A DNA stretch of 32,000 bases from Acinetobacter wanghuae (GTDB lineage Bacteria; Pseudomonadota; Gammaproteobacteria; Pseudomonadales; Moraxellaceae): the NCBI RefSeq assembly GCF_009557235.1, contig NZ_CP045650.1:2580001-2612000 (forward strand), read 5' to 3'. The notes beneath the pieces were generated by a model, which searched no databases, was not told the origin of the DNA, and saw only the letters and a program-made list of their open reading frames with translations. The first letter of the stretch is position 1. Each line of letters starts with the position of its first letter. This document shows, in pieces, positions 7,508-22,089 of the stretch. The translations under genes and the position numbers were made by a program.

Positions 7508-9910
7508 TTAAGCACGTGATTTAGACTTTGATTTATTACCTGTAAATGGTTTTTTCGCATCACCTGTTTCGCGTGGTGGTAAACCGGTATATTGCGTTAA
7601 GATTTGACCACGCTCAGGACGTTTCTTGGTGTTTGAAGGACGACCTTGAGCCTGTGCGGCTTTAGTTCGGTTACCTTGTTCACCGTTACGTTTTGCAGAA
7701 TCACCTGCCACAGTCGAATTCTTTTTACGAGCCGATTGATACTGCCCTTCGGTGCTAGATGCAGGTTGATACGTCGGGATCAAATGATGCTTCGAGTTAC
7801 CAATCAGATCTGCACGTCCCATTTCTTTTAATGCTTCACGCAGTAATGGCCAGTTATTGGCATCATGGTAACGCAAGAATGCTTTATGCAAACGACGACG
7901 TTTATCACCTTTTACAATATCTACGGTCTCTGTATAACGCGCGACTTTGGCAAGTGGGTTCTTACCCGTGTGATACATGGTGGTTGCAGTTGCCATTGGT
8001 GATGGATAGAAAGTTTGTACCTGATCGGCACGGAAACCATTCTTTTTCAGCCAAATCGCAAGATTCATCATATCGTAATCGGTTGTGCCTGGATGCGCTG
8101 CGATGAAGTAAGGGATAAGGTATTGTTCTTTACCTGCTTCCTTACTAAAGCGATCGAACATTTGTTTGAAACGGTCATACGTCCCAATACCCGGCTTCAT
8201 CATTTTATTGAGTGGGCCCTTTTCGGTATGTTCAGGTGCAATCTTAAGGTAACCACCAACGTGATGCGTCACCAATTCTTTCACGTATTCAGGGTTTAAT
8301 ACCGCTAAGTCATAACGTAAACCTGAACCAATCAGAATCTTTTTAATACCTGGTAAAGAACGTGCTTTACGATATAACTGGGTCAATGGCGCATGATCAG
8401 TATGTAGGTTTTGACATACCCCCGGGAACACACACGATGGCTTACGACAATTCTTTTCAATCTCAGGATCTTTACACGCCAAACGATACATGTTGGCAGT
8501 CGGGCCGCCTAAATCGGAAATAATGCCGGTAAAGCCCGGTGCAGTATCACGAATTTTTTCAACTTCACGTAAAATCGATTCTTCAGAACGGTTCTGAATA
8601 ATACGACCTTCATGCTCAGTAATCGAACAGAAGGTACATCCGCCAAAACAGCCACGCATGATGTTCACAGAGAACTTAATCATGTCAAAAGCGGGGAAAC
8701 GTGCCTGACCATAAGATGGATGTGGAAGACGTGCATAAGGCAAATCAAACACATAATCCATTTCTTCCGTGGTTAACGGAATTGGAGGCGCATTCAGCCA
8801 AACATCACGTTCGCCATGCTTTTGAACCAAAGCACGCGCATTACCCGGATTGGTTTCTAAATGCAAAATACGATTGGCATGTGCATACAACACAGGATCT
8901 GCTGCCACTTCTTCAAAAGCAGGCAGGCGAATAACAGATAATTCACGTGGCGGTAATTTATGTTTTATCGCTTTAGATGCGGGCTGAAGTTGTACAATTT
9001 GAGTATCAGAATCTAGATTATCGCCTTCACGTACAATCGGATTCGCAACAGGTTCTTTTTGGAAACCTTGATATTGGGTACTTTCTTTACCCTTTTCAAT
9101 TTCACAGCCGTCTAAATCTTCAGTCATCACATATGGGTTGATGATTGGATCAACACGACCAACGCTATCGACATCATTCGATGCAATTTCGACAAATTTG
9201 GCTTTCGATGCACGGTTATTTTTATTGACAATAAATGCCGTACCACGAACATCAGTAATATCTGTGATTTTTTCACCACGCGCCAAACGATGCATAATTT
9301 CAGTGATCGAACGCTCACCATTACCATACATCAAAAGGTCGGCCTTTGAATCCATCAAAACTGAACGACGAACTTTGTCTGACCAATAATCATAATGTGC
9401 GATACGACGCAGTGATGCTTCGATACCACCTAAAAGTACAGGTACATCAGGGTAAGCTTCACGTACACGTTGACAATACACAGTTGCTGCACGGTCTGGA
9501 CGTTTATTTGGCACATTATCTGGTGAATAAGCATCATCTGAACGAATTTTACGGTCAGCCGTATAACGGTTAATCATGGAATCCATGTTCCCTGCCGTTA
9601 CACCCCAAGCAATATTCGGTTTACCGAGCACGCGGAACGCATCCACGTTCGTCCAGTCAGGCTGTGCAATAATGCCAACACGGAAGCCTTGCGCCTCCAA
9701 GGTACGACCAATGATGCCTGAACAAAATGACGGATGATCGATATAAGCATCGCCACAAACTAAAATAAAATCACAACTGTCCCAACCGAGTTGATCCATT
9801 TCTTCGCGTGACATCGGCAAAAATGGCGCTGGGTCGAAACATGACGCCCAATATTTGTCGTAATCAAACAACGCTTTAGGCGCTGTCTGCATGGTATAAG
9901 CAGTAGACAT
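7508..9910 (-). CDS. ygiQ: YgiQ-family radical SAM protein (UPF0313)
   Basis: It looks collinear with my recollection of E. coli YgiQ ([68 protein letters not shown]) and has a basic low-complexity C-terminal tail. The track start at 9919 is a TTG; I prefer the ATG at 9910 (MSTAYT...). Confidence 0.92.
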   Translation of the reverse strand: MSTAYTMQTAPKALFDYDKYWASCFDPAPFLPMSREEMDQLGWDSCDFILVCGDAYIDHPSFCSGIIGRTLEAQGFRVGIIAQPDWTNVDAFRVLGKPNIAWGVTAGNMDSMINRYTADRKIRSDDAYSPDNVPNKRPDRAATVYCQRVREAYPDVPVLLGGIEASLRRIAHYDYWSDKVRRSVLMDSKADLLMYGNGERSITEIMHRLARGEKITDITDVRGTAFIVNKNNRASKAKFVEIASNDVDSVGRVDPIINPYVMTEDLDGCEIEKGKESTQYQGFQKEPVANPIVREGDNLDSDTQIVQLQPASKAIKHKLPPRELSVIRLPAFEEVAADPVLYAHANRILHLETNPGNARALVQKHGERDVWLNAPPIPLTTEEMDYVFDLPYARLPHPSYGQARFPAFDMIKFSVNIMRGCFGGCTFCSITEHEGRIIQNRSEESILREVEKIRDTAPGFTGIISDLGGPTANMYRLACKDPEIEKNCRKPSCVFPGVCQNLHTDHAPLTQLYRKARSLPGIKKILIGSGLRYDLAVLNPEYVKELVTHHVGGYLKIAPEHTEKGPLNKMMKPGIGTYDRFKQMFDRFSKEAGKEQYLIPYFIAAHPGTTDYDMMNLAIWLKKNGFRADQVQTFYPSPMATATTMYHTGKNPLAKVARYTETVDIVKGDKRRRLHKAFLRYHDANNWPLLREALKEMGRADLIGNSKHHLIPTYQPASSTEGQYQSARKKNSTVAGDSAKRNGEQGNRTKAAQAQGRPSNTKKRPERGQILTQYTGLPPRETGDAKKPFTGNKSKSKSRA

Positions 9911-10189
9911 GGCTAGCAAATTCTCGGCTGGCAGATGATAGGAGATCTAAAATTAGATCAAAGATGAAAGCCGACTATTTTAGCATGAATTAGACCGAGC
10001 TTGCTTGATTATAATTTATACAAATATTTAGAATGACTGATGATTAGGAATGAATGATGAATATTTTTGAGTCCTAATTCTTCTTTTTCTAAGCGATATA
10101 CCTAAAAAATTTCAGGTTTTTATACCTGGTATGGCTTAATTTTCTAGATTAATTATTTTTTATATATTCCAACTTTCTTCCCCACAAAG

Positions 10190-10221
10190 AAAAAACCCCC
10201 TCAATCTTTTGATTGAGGGGG
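10190..10221 (-). terminator. rrn operon terminator
   Basis: In minus sense: CCCCCUCAAUC-aaaa-GAUUGAGGGGG followed by UUUUUU, immediately 3' of the 5S rRNA. Confidence 0.9.
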
Positions 10222-10233
10222 TTTTCGAATTAA

Positions 10234-10352
10234 TGAGCTGGCGATGACTTACTCTCACATGGGTAATCCCACACTACCATCAGCGCTAAGAGGTTTCACT
10301 TCTGAGTTCGGGAAGGGATCAGGTGGTTCACTCTTGCTATTGTCGCCAGCAC
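10234..10352 (-). rRNA. rrf: 5S ribosomal RNA
   Basis: The reverse complement reads ...GCTGGCGACAATAGCAAGAGTGAACCACCTGATCCCTTCCCGAACTCAGAAGTGAAAC...GATGGTAGTGTGGG...CGCCAGC. It is collinear with E. coli 5S. Ends are approximate to about 2 nt. Confidence 0.95.
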
Positions 10353-10530
10353 AACTGTTTATGATTACTCGCTATGGTCTTAGTTGCTTTCGCATGCCTA
10401 GCTTTGGTCAAAAGAGTTATTAACAGAGATATTTGAGTATCGATGCGTTGCTTAATTTTACTTAGCTTTCAAACTAAATCAAGTTGTTTTGTAGTGATTT
10501 CGACTACAACACCAACTGTTTGGGTGTTGT

Positions 10531-13428
<2,898 letters not shown>

Positions 13429-13884
13429 CAACCCCAAACAGTCGACGGTACCTACAAGGAGCACCTTCAACATACAGTTCGAAGTACTGTGAATCTAATC
13501 ACTGTACAGCTTCAATCAAAATCATATACCAAAACGCTTGATTCAGTTAATCGCTAGTTTCTCATCACTTCTTATTCAACCACTCACTTAGCTTACGCTT
13601 TGTAAGTTGTTGTTTAATTAGCTCTGAGCCTTAAACAATTTATTTCAACTCAAATATATTCTGTTAATGATTGTCTACGTCCTCATCGGATCGTAGCAAC
13701 TGTGATAAATCACAGAGATTACCAAGTGCGCGTATCATAACGCTTATACTTGTTAATCTCTAGAATCTAAACACTTGACAGCTCAAGGACTAATCAACCT
13801 CAGCACCGTATGATCACATACTGCGCGAAGCGTAGCTTCTTGCCTAAATTTCAAGGAAAAGCATGCTTTTCTTGTCTTGAAATT

Positions 13885-13960
13885 TGGTGGAGACTAACGG
13901 AGTCGAACCGTTGACCTCCTGCGTGCAAAGCAGGCGCTCTACCAACTAAGCTAAGTCCCC
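13885..13960 (-). tRNA. tRNA-Ala (anticodon UGC) in the 16S-23S spacer
   Basis: The reverse complement is GGGGACTTAGCTTAGTTGGTAGAGCGCCTGCTTTGCACGCAGGAGGTCAACGGTTCGACTCCGTTAGTCTCCACCA, a cloverleaf with a G3:U70-type acceptor and an encoded CCA. Confidence 0.97.
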
Positions 13961-14003
13961 AGCTTATCATTTAGATCAATGTATCTGATTTCTGTTTTGC
14001 AGA

Positions 14004-14080
<77 letters not shown>

Positions 14081-14140
14081 TCAGGTACATCGTATGAAGA
14101 ACAACTTGTTGTGGATTCTTACCAATCGTCAATCTTTCGT

Positions 14141-15678
<1,538 letters not shown>

Positions 15679-15880
15679 AAAATCAGTAGTAGCTTAAAGG
15701 CTACCAATCTTGGCTCATCAATTTTCTGACAAATATTTCTCAAATAAACTTCGAGTAATTTCTACCATCAATCAATGAAAATAATTTCGATCAATCAATC
15801 AGTAAAAATCCACACAAGTTGTTCTTCATAATCTCTTAATGATCTTCTTGTTGGTTCGTCACCAGCAAGCTAGGTCGGCT

Positions 15881-15908
15881 ATATTACACTAGATTTATCT
15901 AGTGTCAA
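15881..15908 (-). promoter_or_regulatory. rrn promoter P2 (sigma70-type)
   Basis: In minus sense: TTGACA, a 16-nt spacer, TAATAT, then the GC-rich discriminator AGCCGACC. It lies about 195 nt upstream of the mature 16S 5' end. Confidence 0.7.
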
Positions 15909-16019
15909 TCAGTAATTCAAATTATTTTAAACTTTCTTTCTAAAATCAATTCTTAACATCTTGTGCTAAGCCATTGTTTTACCAGAAGTTTTAATCTTCA
16001 TCACTGCCGATGGATGTGC

Positions 16020-16047
16020 ATTCTACAGTATTTCAGATCCCTTGCAA
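16020..16047 (-). promoter_or_regulatory. rrn promoter P1 (sigma70-type) with an AT-rich UP-like region upstream
   Basis: In minus sense: TTGCAA, a 16-nt spacer, TAGAAT, preceded by A/T tracts (AACTTTTTAAAAAGG). It lies about 140 bp upstream of P2, resembling the tandem layout of enterobacterial rrn operons. Confidence 0.65.
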
Positions 16048-16330
16048 CACCTTTTTAAAAAGTTTTAAAACGCATGTTTATTTTATAAACCATAAAATAA
16101 CTAAGATATTGTTTTATAACTAAAATTTATTTTAATTAATTTTAAAATATCATTTTGAGCACATATAATTTGATGCAAGTTATTGATATATAATATTTTT
16201 ATACCAAAAACCAGCCTTAAGCCACTTTAGATTCACTGTAATAAACAGCATTTTGTATATATAGAGATCAAAAATAAGATACATCTCCATTTTTTAATCT
16301 GTGCTTATCCTTCCCTTTATTATTATAAAT

Positions 16331-17239
16331 TTAGGTTTTGCCTTCTAAACAATGCTTATAAATATGCAAAACCACGTCACTAAATTCTCTTAATACATAT
16401 TGCACCCATAGATCTGAATAAAAATTCAATTCTGTCGATAAGCGATAATCAATGCGTAGGATTAATTTTGTTTGATTTGGATTGATGGCTTCTAAGCGAT
16501 AATCTGTTGTCAACAAATTAAAATACGCTCCGCCAATTTCAATATGATCATCTAAAGATCCTTTAGGGAAAGATTCTGGTGCAAATCGATACGTCCACAT
16601 TAACTTTTCAGGTGCTTTTGACTGAATAATCTTTTCTTCAAAATAAATTCCACGTTCCCAATGGATTTGGCGTACTGAACCTTGATCTGTACATACTGTC
16701 ATACCCGATTGTGGTTTAGGAAAGCCCATTGTAAAAATTGGACTGTATTTGATTTCATTGGGTTGAATATTTTGAATATGATTAATTGCCGCAAAGACCT
16801 GCTCTCGCGATGCATCGATGACTAATGATTTCGTGGTATAGCCTTGATGATACTGAGTGATATTGGGTAAAAACAGTAAGCCCAATAATGGTAACAAGCC
16901 AATTGAATAGATTCTTTTATAGGGTTTCCATATTTTTCGACATAGGCTTCGCATGAAAAATGCACCAAGCAATGCCAACACAAAATAAATTGGCGCAGCC
17001 ATAATTAAGCAAATCACGCCTTCTTTTAAGACAATTCCCCCTAAAATAAGTAAGACCAACACGATCAAAGACTGCCGTTTTAAGATCTGACCATCACTGG
17101 CATTTCGATTAAATGACAAAATGTATTCACTGATTGCGCCCACACTTAAAGGAAATAAGATGAGAAATGACATCGACATCATTTTTCCGGTATAACGTGC
17201 TAACAATGAGATAATTAAAAAATACAACATTGCCAGCAC
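16331..17239 (-). CDS. Hypothetical multi-pass membrane protein with a C-terminal SRPBCC/START-like domain (tentative)
   Basis: 302-aa ORF. The first 120 or so residues form roughly four hydrophobic helices, followed by a soluble domain (VIDASREQVFAAINHIQNIQ...) with an SRPBCC-like pattern. GC content is clearly lower than in neighbouring genes. The start is uncertain (GTG at 17239 or ATG at 17230, with no clear SD). Confidence 0.55.
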   Translation of the reverse strand: MLAMLYFLIISLLARYTGKMMSMSFLILFPLSVGAISEYILSFNRNASDGQILKRQSLIVLVLLILGGIVLKEGVICLIMAAPIYFVLALLGAFFMRSLCRKIWKPYKRIYSIGLLPLLGLLFLPNITQYHQGYTTKSLVIDASREQVFAAINHIQNIQPNEIKYSPIFTMGFPKPQSGMTVCTDQGSVRQIHWERGIYFEEKIIQSKAPEKLMWTYRFAPESFPKGSLDDHIEIGGAYFNLLTTDYRLEAINPNQTKLILRIDYRLSTELNFYSDLWVQYVLREFSDVVLHIYKHCLEGKT

Positions 17240-17293
17240 AAAGATGGGAAGAACGACTTTAATGAAAGGACGTTTACTGTACTGCGATTCAAT

Positions 17294-17494
17294 TTAAAGT
17301 TTTGGCGAATGGTCTTTTAGGCAAATCAACTTATGGTGCGGATAATCTACCGCTTTATAAATTTCAATTTTTTGATAATGATCACTCAGTTGTTGATAAA
17401 AAGCTTGCTCAAATTCTGCCGTCCAATCCAACTCTAAAATAAGCACCTCGTGTTCTTGCATAAGAACATCAAAATATTGTTGTAATTTTTCCAT
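17294..17494 (-). CDS. Hypothetical small acidic protein (66 aa)
   Basis: An ORF only, with no recognisable motifs and no clear SD. It is co-oriented with oprC upstream and the membrane protein downstream. Confidence 0.35.
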   Translation of the reverse strand: MEKLQQYFDVLMQEHEVLILELDWTAEFEQAFYQQLSDHYQKIEIYKAVDYPHHKLICLKDHSPKL

Positions 17495-17583
17495 TTTATA
17501 GCGATATATTATTTATATCTTGACATATTGCCTGAAGTTACCGTTCTAAAACAATAACTTCAGATTTTTTTAAACTTGAAAAA

Positions 17584-19614
17584 TTAAAACTTCATACTGA
17601 TTCGAGCCCAGTAATTCCGTCCAATATTATTAAATTGTTCAGTGGTGGGTAAGCCTGTACCTGATGCACCCATTTTATTTAGGTGCTCGGTATAAGCGCG
17701 GTCGAGCACATTGTCGATGCCAACTGAAAGATCCACACCATTAGATAGGTTATACGTACCATTTAAAGACAAAGTACCAAAGCCTGAACTTTTCTTATTG
17801 TCATAACCTACGATGTTACCTTCACGTTCACTTATCCGATTTTGACTATCGGCCATGCGCCAATAAGCACCCAAAGTGTAACGGTCTTGAATGTAACGAA
17901 GATTCACGCGACCTTCTAAGGGTGCAATTTGTGGCAACGGCGTATTGTTCGTAGTGTTTTCACCCCATGCATACATGACACTCACATCTGCCTGAATCGC
18001 ATCGGTAAACTGATAACCAACCCCTGCTTCTGCACCTGCAATGACGGCATCAACATTTCGTGTCTCGGCTTTATCGTCTGCATTGTATTTGGTCAAGATA
18101 AAATCTTGGATCAAACCTGTATACGCTGATGCCCAAGAACTGAAATTACCATGCGCATGTTGATAGCCTAAATCCAACTGTAGCGTTTTCTCGGTATCGA
18201 TACTTTTAAAGGTATTTGAATTGCCATTGCCTGATACAGGACTAAAGAGTTCCCAATAATCTGGCATACGTTCTACATAACCAAGTCCGATATAAGTTTT
18301 GCCATCGTCATGTTCAGGGTGAATATTTTCAAAACGCAAGAAAGCACTTGGTAATAACTGTTGACGCGATTGATGACTTTGAACTGCATTGACATCAACC
18401 TGATCTAAACGTAGACCTGTGACAAATTGATTATCGTTGCCTAGGTCATAGGTCAGCTCACCAAATGCGCCGATGGATTGGAATTCCATATCCGTCTGAC
18501 GGGGCTGCTTTTTATAACTGTTATGCATCCCCTTACGAATGCTATGTTCATTGTTTTGCGTATCGACACCTGAAATCAGTGTGATCTTTTCCCATTCACT
18601 TGTCATGGCAACACGTGCATTGAGTGTTTTACGTGCCACATTGGTTGCCATTGGCATCTTCATCATGGGGGTTGGCGTAAATTCACGTAGGCTGAAATTA
18701 TCCATGACATGGTCATTAAAATTGTAATTGACTTGCGCCTCAATTTTTTTGATCACATCGCTGATGTTTTTCTTTTCAACACGCAGTCCTAAACTTTCAC
18801 GCGCAAATTTGGAGCCGTCCATCTCACGCCCCGCATACACCGCTTCACCATCGGCTTTACCACCGGTGAGTTCAAGCCATGTATCTTTATCAGGTGTCCA
18901 ACCCAAAGCGATGTCTGTATTCCAACGCTCCCAATCTGATGGAACAGTCGTGCCATTACCATCTTTATAACTATTAGATACTGAACGATTGGTATTCAAG
19001 CGAACATATTTTTTCTCATCGCCTGCTGCGACTTCAATATTCTGATCTAAACGTCCAAACGAACCGAGTAATACACTGGCTTGACCGCGGTAATTTTTAT
19101 TTTCATCAAACTGTTCAGGTGTACGCTCAAAAATGACTGTCGCTGCTGAACCGGTGTTGGCATATTGAACCGTTTGCGGACCTTTAATCACAGAAATACG
19201 ATCATAGCTTTCAGGAGAAATATAAGACGTCGGTGAATCCATACGACTTGGACATGCGCCTAAGTTTTCTGTGCCATCGGTGAGAATTTTAATGCGCGAA
19301 CCAAACATACCACGGAATGTCACGTCACCATTGGTGCCTGCCCCACTGTTTACCGCGCTAAAGCCGACAATACTTTGTAAATAGTCTGCGCCATCGGTTG
19401 CAGGAACTGGCTGAATCGGCTGTTTAGGATCGGCACGAACAATTAAACCATTGGCATCACGCTCCATTTGGGTAGTAACCACAATAGGCGCTAGTGTGTG
19501 TACAGGCATTACATCATCTGCTGTCGTCTGCACATTGGCAAAAACGAGTGGTGAATAACATGCAATGCAAATCGCAGCCGTAAGCGGCTGTAACAAGAAT
19601 GTAGGCTGAGCCAT
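17584..19614 (-). CDS. oprC: TonB-dependent outer-membrane copper receptor (OprC/NosA type)
   Basis: 676 aa with a signal peptide, a plug-region pattern (DGADYLQS..GTNGDVTFRGMFGSRIKILTDG) and a beta-barrel ending in the TonB-dependent receptor motif ...NYWARISMKF. The Met-rich segment PTPMMKMPMA is typical of copper receptors. The OprC assignment comes from memory of the family. Confidence 0.85.
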   Translation of the reverse strand: MAQPTFLLQPLTAAICIACYSPLVFANVQTTADDVMPVHTLAPIVVTTQMERDANGLIVRADPKQPIQPVPATDGADYLQSIVGFSAVNSGAGTNGDVTFRGMFGSRIKILTDGTENLGACPSRMDSPTSYISPESYDRISVIKGPQTVQYANTGSAATVIFERTPEQFDENKNYRGQASVLLGSFGRLDQNIEVAAGDEKKYVRLNTNRSVSNSYKDGNGTTVPSDWERWNTDIALGWTPDKDTWLELTGGKADGEAVYAGREMDGSKFARESLGLRVEKKNISDVIKKIEAQVNYNFNDHVMDNFSLREFTPTPMMKMPMATNVARKTLNARVAMTSEWEKITLISGVDTQNNEHSIRKGMHNSYKKQPRQTDMEFQSIGAFGELTYDLGNDNQFVTGLRLDQVDVNAVQSHQSRQQLLPSAFLRFENIHPEHDDGKTYIGLGYVERMPDYWELFSPVSGNGNSNTFKSIDTEKTLQLDLGYQHAHGNFSSWASAYTGLIQDFILTKYNADDKAETRNVDAVIAGAEAGVGYQFTDAIQADVSVMYAWGENTTNNTPLPQIAPLEGRVNLRYIQDRYTLGAYWRMADSQNRISEREGNIVGYDNKKSSGFGTLSLNGTYNLSNGVDLSVGIDNVLDRAYTEHLNKMGASGTGLPTTEQFNNIGRNYWARISMKF

Positions 19615-19681
19615 TTTCTATCTCACTGAATACATAAATTAAGCAGGACTTGAATCAATGAAGACTCAAGAAAAAACGGAT

Positions 19682-20101
19682 TTATGCAAACAGTGGTGGC
19701 GCACGCCCTTGAGGCATTAAAAAGAGTTGCTGAAGGACAAACCAAATGTGCTTAAAGGCTTTTTGAAATGCAATTAAGCGCACTTGAATACGATCAAGAA
19801 CTTCTTTGATATCTAGATGCGGTGGCAAAACCAAATTGCCGTACACGGTACAGTACTGACATTGATGACTTGGATCATGATGGTCATGACCAGTATCTAG
19901 AGATTGGACATGCATGCTGTGGTCAGCATGATGTGAATGAGATGTATGTTTTGCTTCTGATGTAGGCAATAAAAGTGCACGCGTGATGGTTTCACAGACT
20001 GGTGCAATTTGATATTGCACAGGCAGCAAAGGCTGTAAAAACACAGCAATCTGTAAAAATACCGCTGTCAGACACAGCAGTAATCCAGCACGAAAAAACA
20101 C
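19682..20101 (-). CDS. DUF2946-like His-rich membrane or periplasmic protein (putative metal binding)
   Basis: Hydrophobic N-terminus, then HTSHSHHADHSMHVQSLDTGHDHHDPSHQCQYC. The track start at 20146 is a TTG inside the def terminator stem. I prefer the GTG at 20101, which has an AAGG SD 7 nt upstream. Confidence 0.65.
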   Translation of the reverse strand: MFFRAGLLLCLTAVFLQIAVFLQPLLPVQYQIAPVCETITRALLLPTSEAKHTSHSHHADHSMHVQSLDTGHDHHDPSHQCQYCTVYGNLVLPPHLDIKEVLDRIQVRLIAFQKAFKHIWFVLQQLFLMPQGRAPPLFA

Positions 20102-20135
20102 AAGCGAACCTTGATATTTGTCTAAGCCAAGTATA

Positions 20136-20163
20136 ACAAAGCCCAATCAAAATTGGGCTTTGT
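20136..20163 (-). terminator. Perfect 12-bp stem-loop, probable def terminator
   Basis: ACAAAGCCCAAT-nnnn-ATTGGGCTTTGT. In minus sense the 3' arm runs into a U-rich stretch, UUUGUUAU. It lies 28 nt after the def stop. Confidence 0.7.
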
Positions 20164-20190
20164 AACAGATCAAAAACACCAAAAAGCGTT

Positions 20191-20721
20191 TTAGCGTTTT
20201 ACTGCAACTTTTTCTTTTTGGCGTTGACGTGCTGCTTTTTCAATTTTTTCACGCGCACGTTGGCGTTTCAACGGCGATAGATAATCAACAAATAATTTAC
20301 CATTTAAGTGATCCATCTCATGTTGAATGCACACTGCAAGCAGCTCATCAGCTTCCAACTCGAAGGCTTCACCATCAAGATTAATCGCCTCGATTTTTAC
20401 ACGTGACGGACGCTCAACTTTATCGTATATTTGAGGTACAGATAGACAGCCTTCTTCATATGGCTGTGTTTCTTCAGTTAAGGGTGTTATTTTGGGGTTA
20501 ATAAACACCAATGGTTGATCTTTATTTTCAGATAAGTCCATGACAATCAGCTGAATATGACGATCTACTTGAGTCGCAGCTAAACCAATGCCTGGCGCTT
20601 CATACATGGTTTCAAACATATCTGCAGCGAGCTGACGAATTTCATCAGTGACTTCTTCGACTGGTTGTGCAATGGTACGAAGACGGGGATCGGGGAAACT
20701 TAAAATAGGTAATAAGGCCAT
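20191..20721 (-). CDS. def: Peptide deformylase
   Basis: The three deformylase motifs [16 protein letters not shown] and HEMDHL are present; 176 aa. Confidence 0.96.
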   Translation of the reverse strand: MALLPILSFPDPRLRTIAQPVEEVTDEIRQLAADMFETMYEAPGIGLAATQVDRHIQLIVMDLSENKDQPLVFINPKITPLTEETQPYEEGCLSVPQIYDKVERPSRVKIEAINLDGEAFELEADELLAVCIQHEMDHLNGKLFVDYLSPLKRQRAREKIEKAARQRQKEKVAVKR

Positions 20722-20841
20722 ACTGCGTCCTCAATTATGCCATTGATCAAAAAACCAAATGAAGGGAATGCTTCATCAAAAAAATCGGTGTAAGATCTTT
20801 ATTATAACGCAACTACATACATAATTTTAGGAATTATGATA

Positions 20842-21996
20842 ATGAAAAAGGTTTTCGTGGGCACGCCAATTTTTAGTGCTGTGGGGTTAAAAAAACAAAT
20901 GCTTGCACTCGCGGTTTCTGTCGGTGTGAGCTTAGGAACTGTGTCCATTGCTGAGGCAGCACCGGCACGTAATATTAATCCGCCATCGCTTAAAGCAAAT
21001 GCACCTCAAGTTTATGTCGTCAAAAAAGGCGATACACTTTGGGATATTTCCAAAAAATTCTTGAAAAACCCAGTACGCTGGCGTGAAATTTGGGCAAGCA
21101 ACCGACACGTTAAAAATCCGCACTGGATTTTCCCGGGTGACCGCCTACTCATGTGTACCTATAACGGCAAACCGATTATTGGTAAAGATGAAGGTGATGG
21201 TTGTGCCGGCATCATCAGTCGTTATACAGGTAGTACAAAAGTAGAACCACAAATTCGTGTTGAGTCACTCAACAATACGATTCCTGTTATTCCGCTCCAA
21301 CATATTAAAAACTGGCTACAACACAGCATGATTCTGCCTGCCGATACATTGGACGGCGTGCCTTATATTATTGGTGCAGCAGATGAACGCGTATTGGCTG
21401 CAAAAGACCAAACTGTTTATGCCCGTGGAAATGGCTTAGTCGTAGGTCAACGCTATGCGGTCTATCACGAAGGCGAACCGTACATTTTCACTGATGCCAA
21501 CGGCGTGAAATACAATGCAGGCGTAGAACTCAACCAAGTCGCATCCGCTGTTGCTGTACGTGGTCAAGATGGAATTACAACGCTTGAACTCACTGACAGT
21601 TATGATCGTGAAGTGCGTCGCGGTGATCGTGTTCTACCTGAATATGACCCAATGCTACCAAGCTTATTCTATCCAACCAGCGCGGATAACATCACTCCGG
21701 GTGGTATTGTCGTTCGAGTTCAAGGCTCTATTGGCACAGCAGCGCGCCATAGTGTCGTCACGATTGACCGTGGAACAACCCATGGCGTTCAAATCGGTGA
21801 TGTATTCAATGTGAATAAACAAGGTCAAATTGTCACTGACCCTAAAACCCAAGAACGTATTGCACTTCCAACAGAACAAGTCGGTAGCATCATGGTGTTT
21901 AAAGCATTTGATAATTTAAGCTATGCCTATGTATTGGAAAGTGCTTTACCGATGAAAGTGGGTTCAAGCATTCAACCGCCATTACTTGATGAATAA
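20842..21996 (+). CDS. LysM peptidoglycan-binding domain protein (conserved neighbour of def and dprA)
   Basis: It has a signal peptide and a LysM motif (YVVKKGDTLWDISKKFLKNPVRWREIW...IFPGDRL). The second ATG at 20842 has better spacing from AGGA than 20836 does. Confidence 0.85.
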   Translation: MKKVFVGTPIFSAVGLKKQMLALAVSVGVSLGTVSIAEAAPARNINPPSLKANAPQVYVVKKGDTLWDISKKFLKNPVRWREIWASNRHVKNPHWIFPGDRLLMCTYNGKPIIGKDEGDGCAGIISRYTGSTKVEPQIRVESLNNTIPVIPLQHIKNWLQHSMILPADTLDGVPYIIGAADERVLAAKDQTVYARGNGLVVGQRYAVYHEGEPYIFTDANGVKYNAGVELNQVASAVAVRGQDGITTLELTDSYDREVRRGDRVLPEYDPMLPSLFYPTSADNITPGGIVVRVQGSIGTAARHSVVTIDRGTTHGVQIGDVFNVNKQGQIVTDPKTQERIALPTEQVGSIMVFKAFDNLSYAYVLESALPMKVGSSIQPPLLDE

Positions 21997-22089
21997 GCCC
22001 TAAAACATTTCAATCTGTTCATAAGTTTAAGTCAAAATTTGGCTTAAACTTAGCCCAATAATAAGAAGACGTTATTTATAGGTCTCGAT

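Noticed and set aside
7508-7790. A long Lys/Arg/Gln-rich low-complexity C-terminal tail on YgiQ.
   Set aside because: E. coli YgiQ, as I recall it, carries a comparable basic disordered tail, so this is a family trait rather than a novelty.
7646-9573. Multiple ORFs of 61-115 aa overlapping ygiQ (7646-7831, 7759-8106, 8015-8299, 8701-8934, 9127-9327, 9138-9389, 9346-9573).
   Set aside because: All are embedded in a long, clearly homologous radical-SAM coding frame. Their composition is typical of out-of-frame or antisense translation (Cys/His/Arg-rich or low-complexity).
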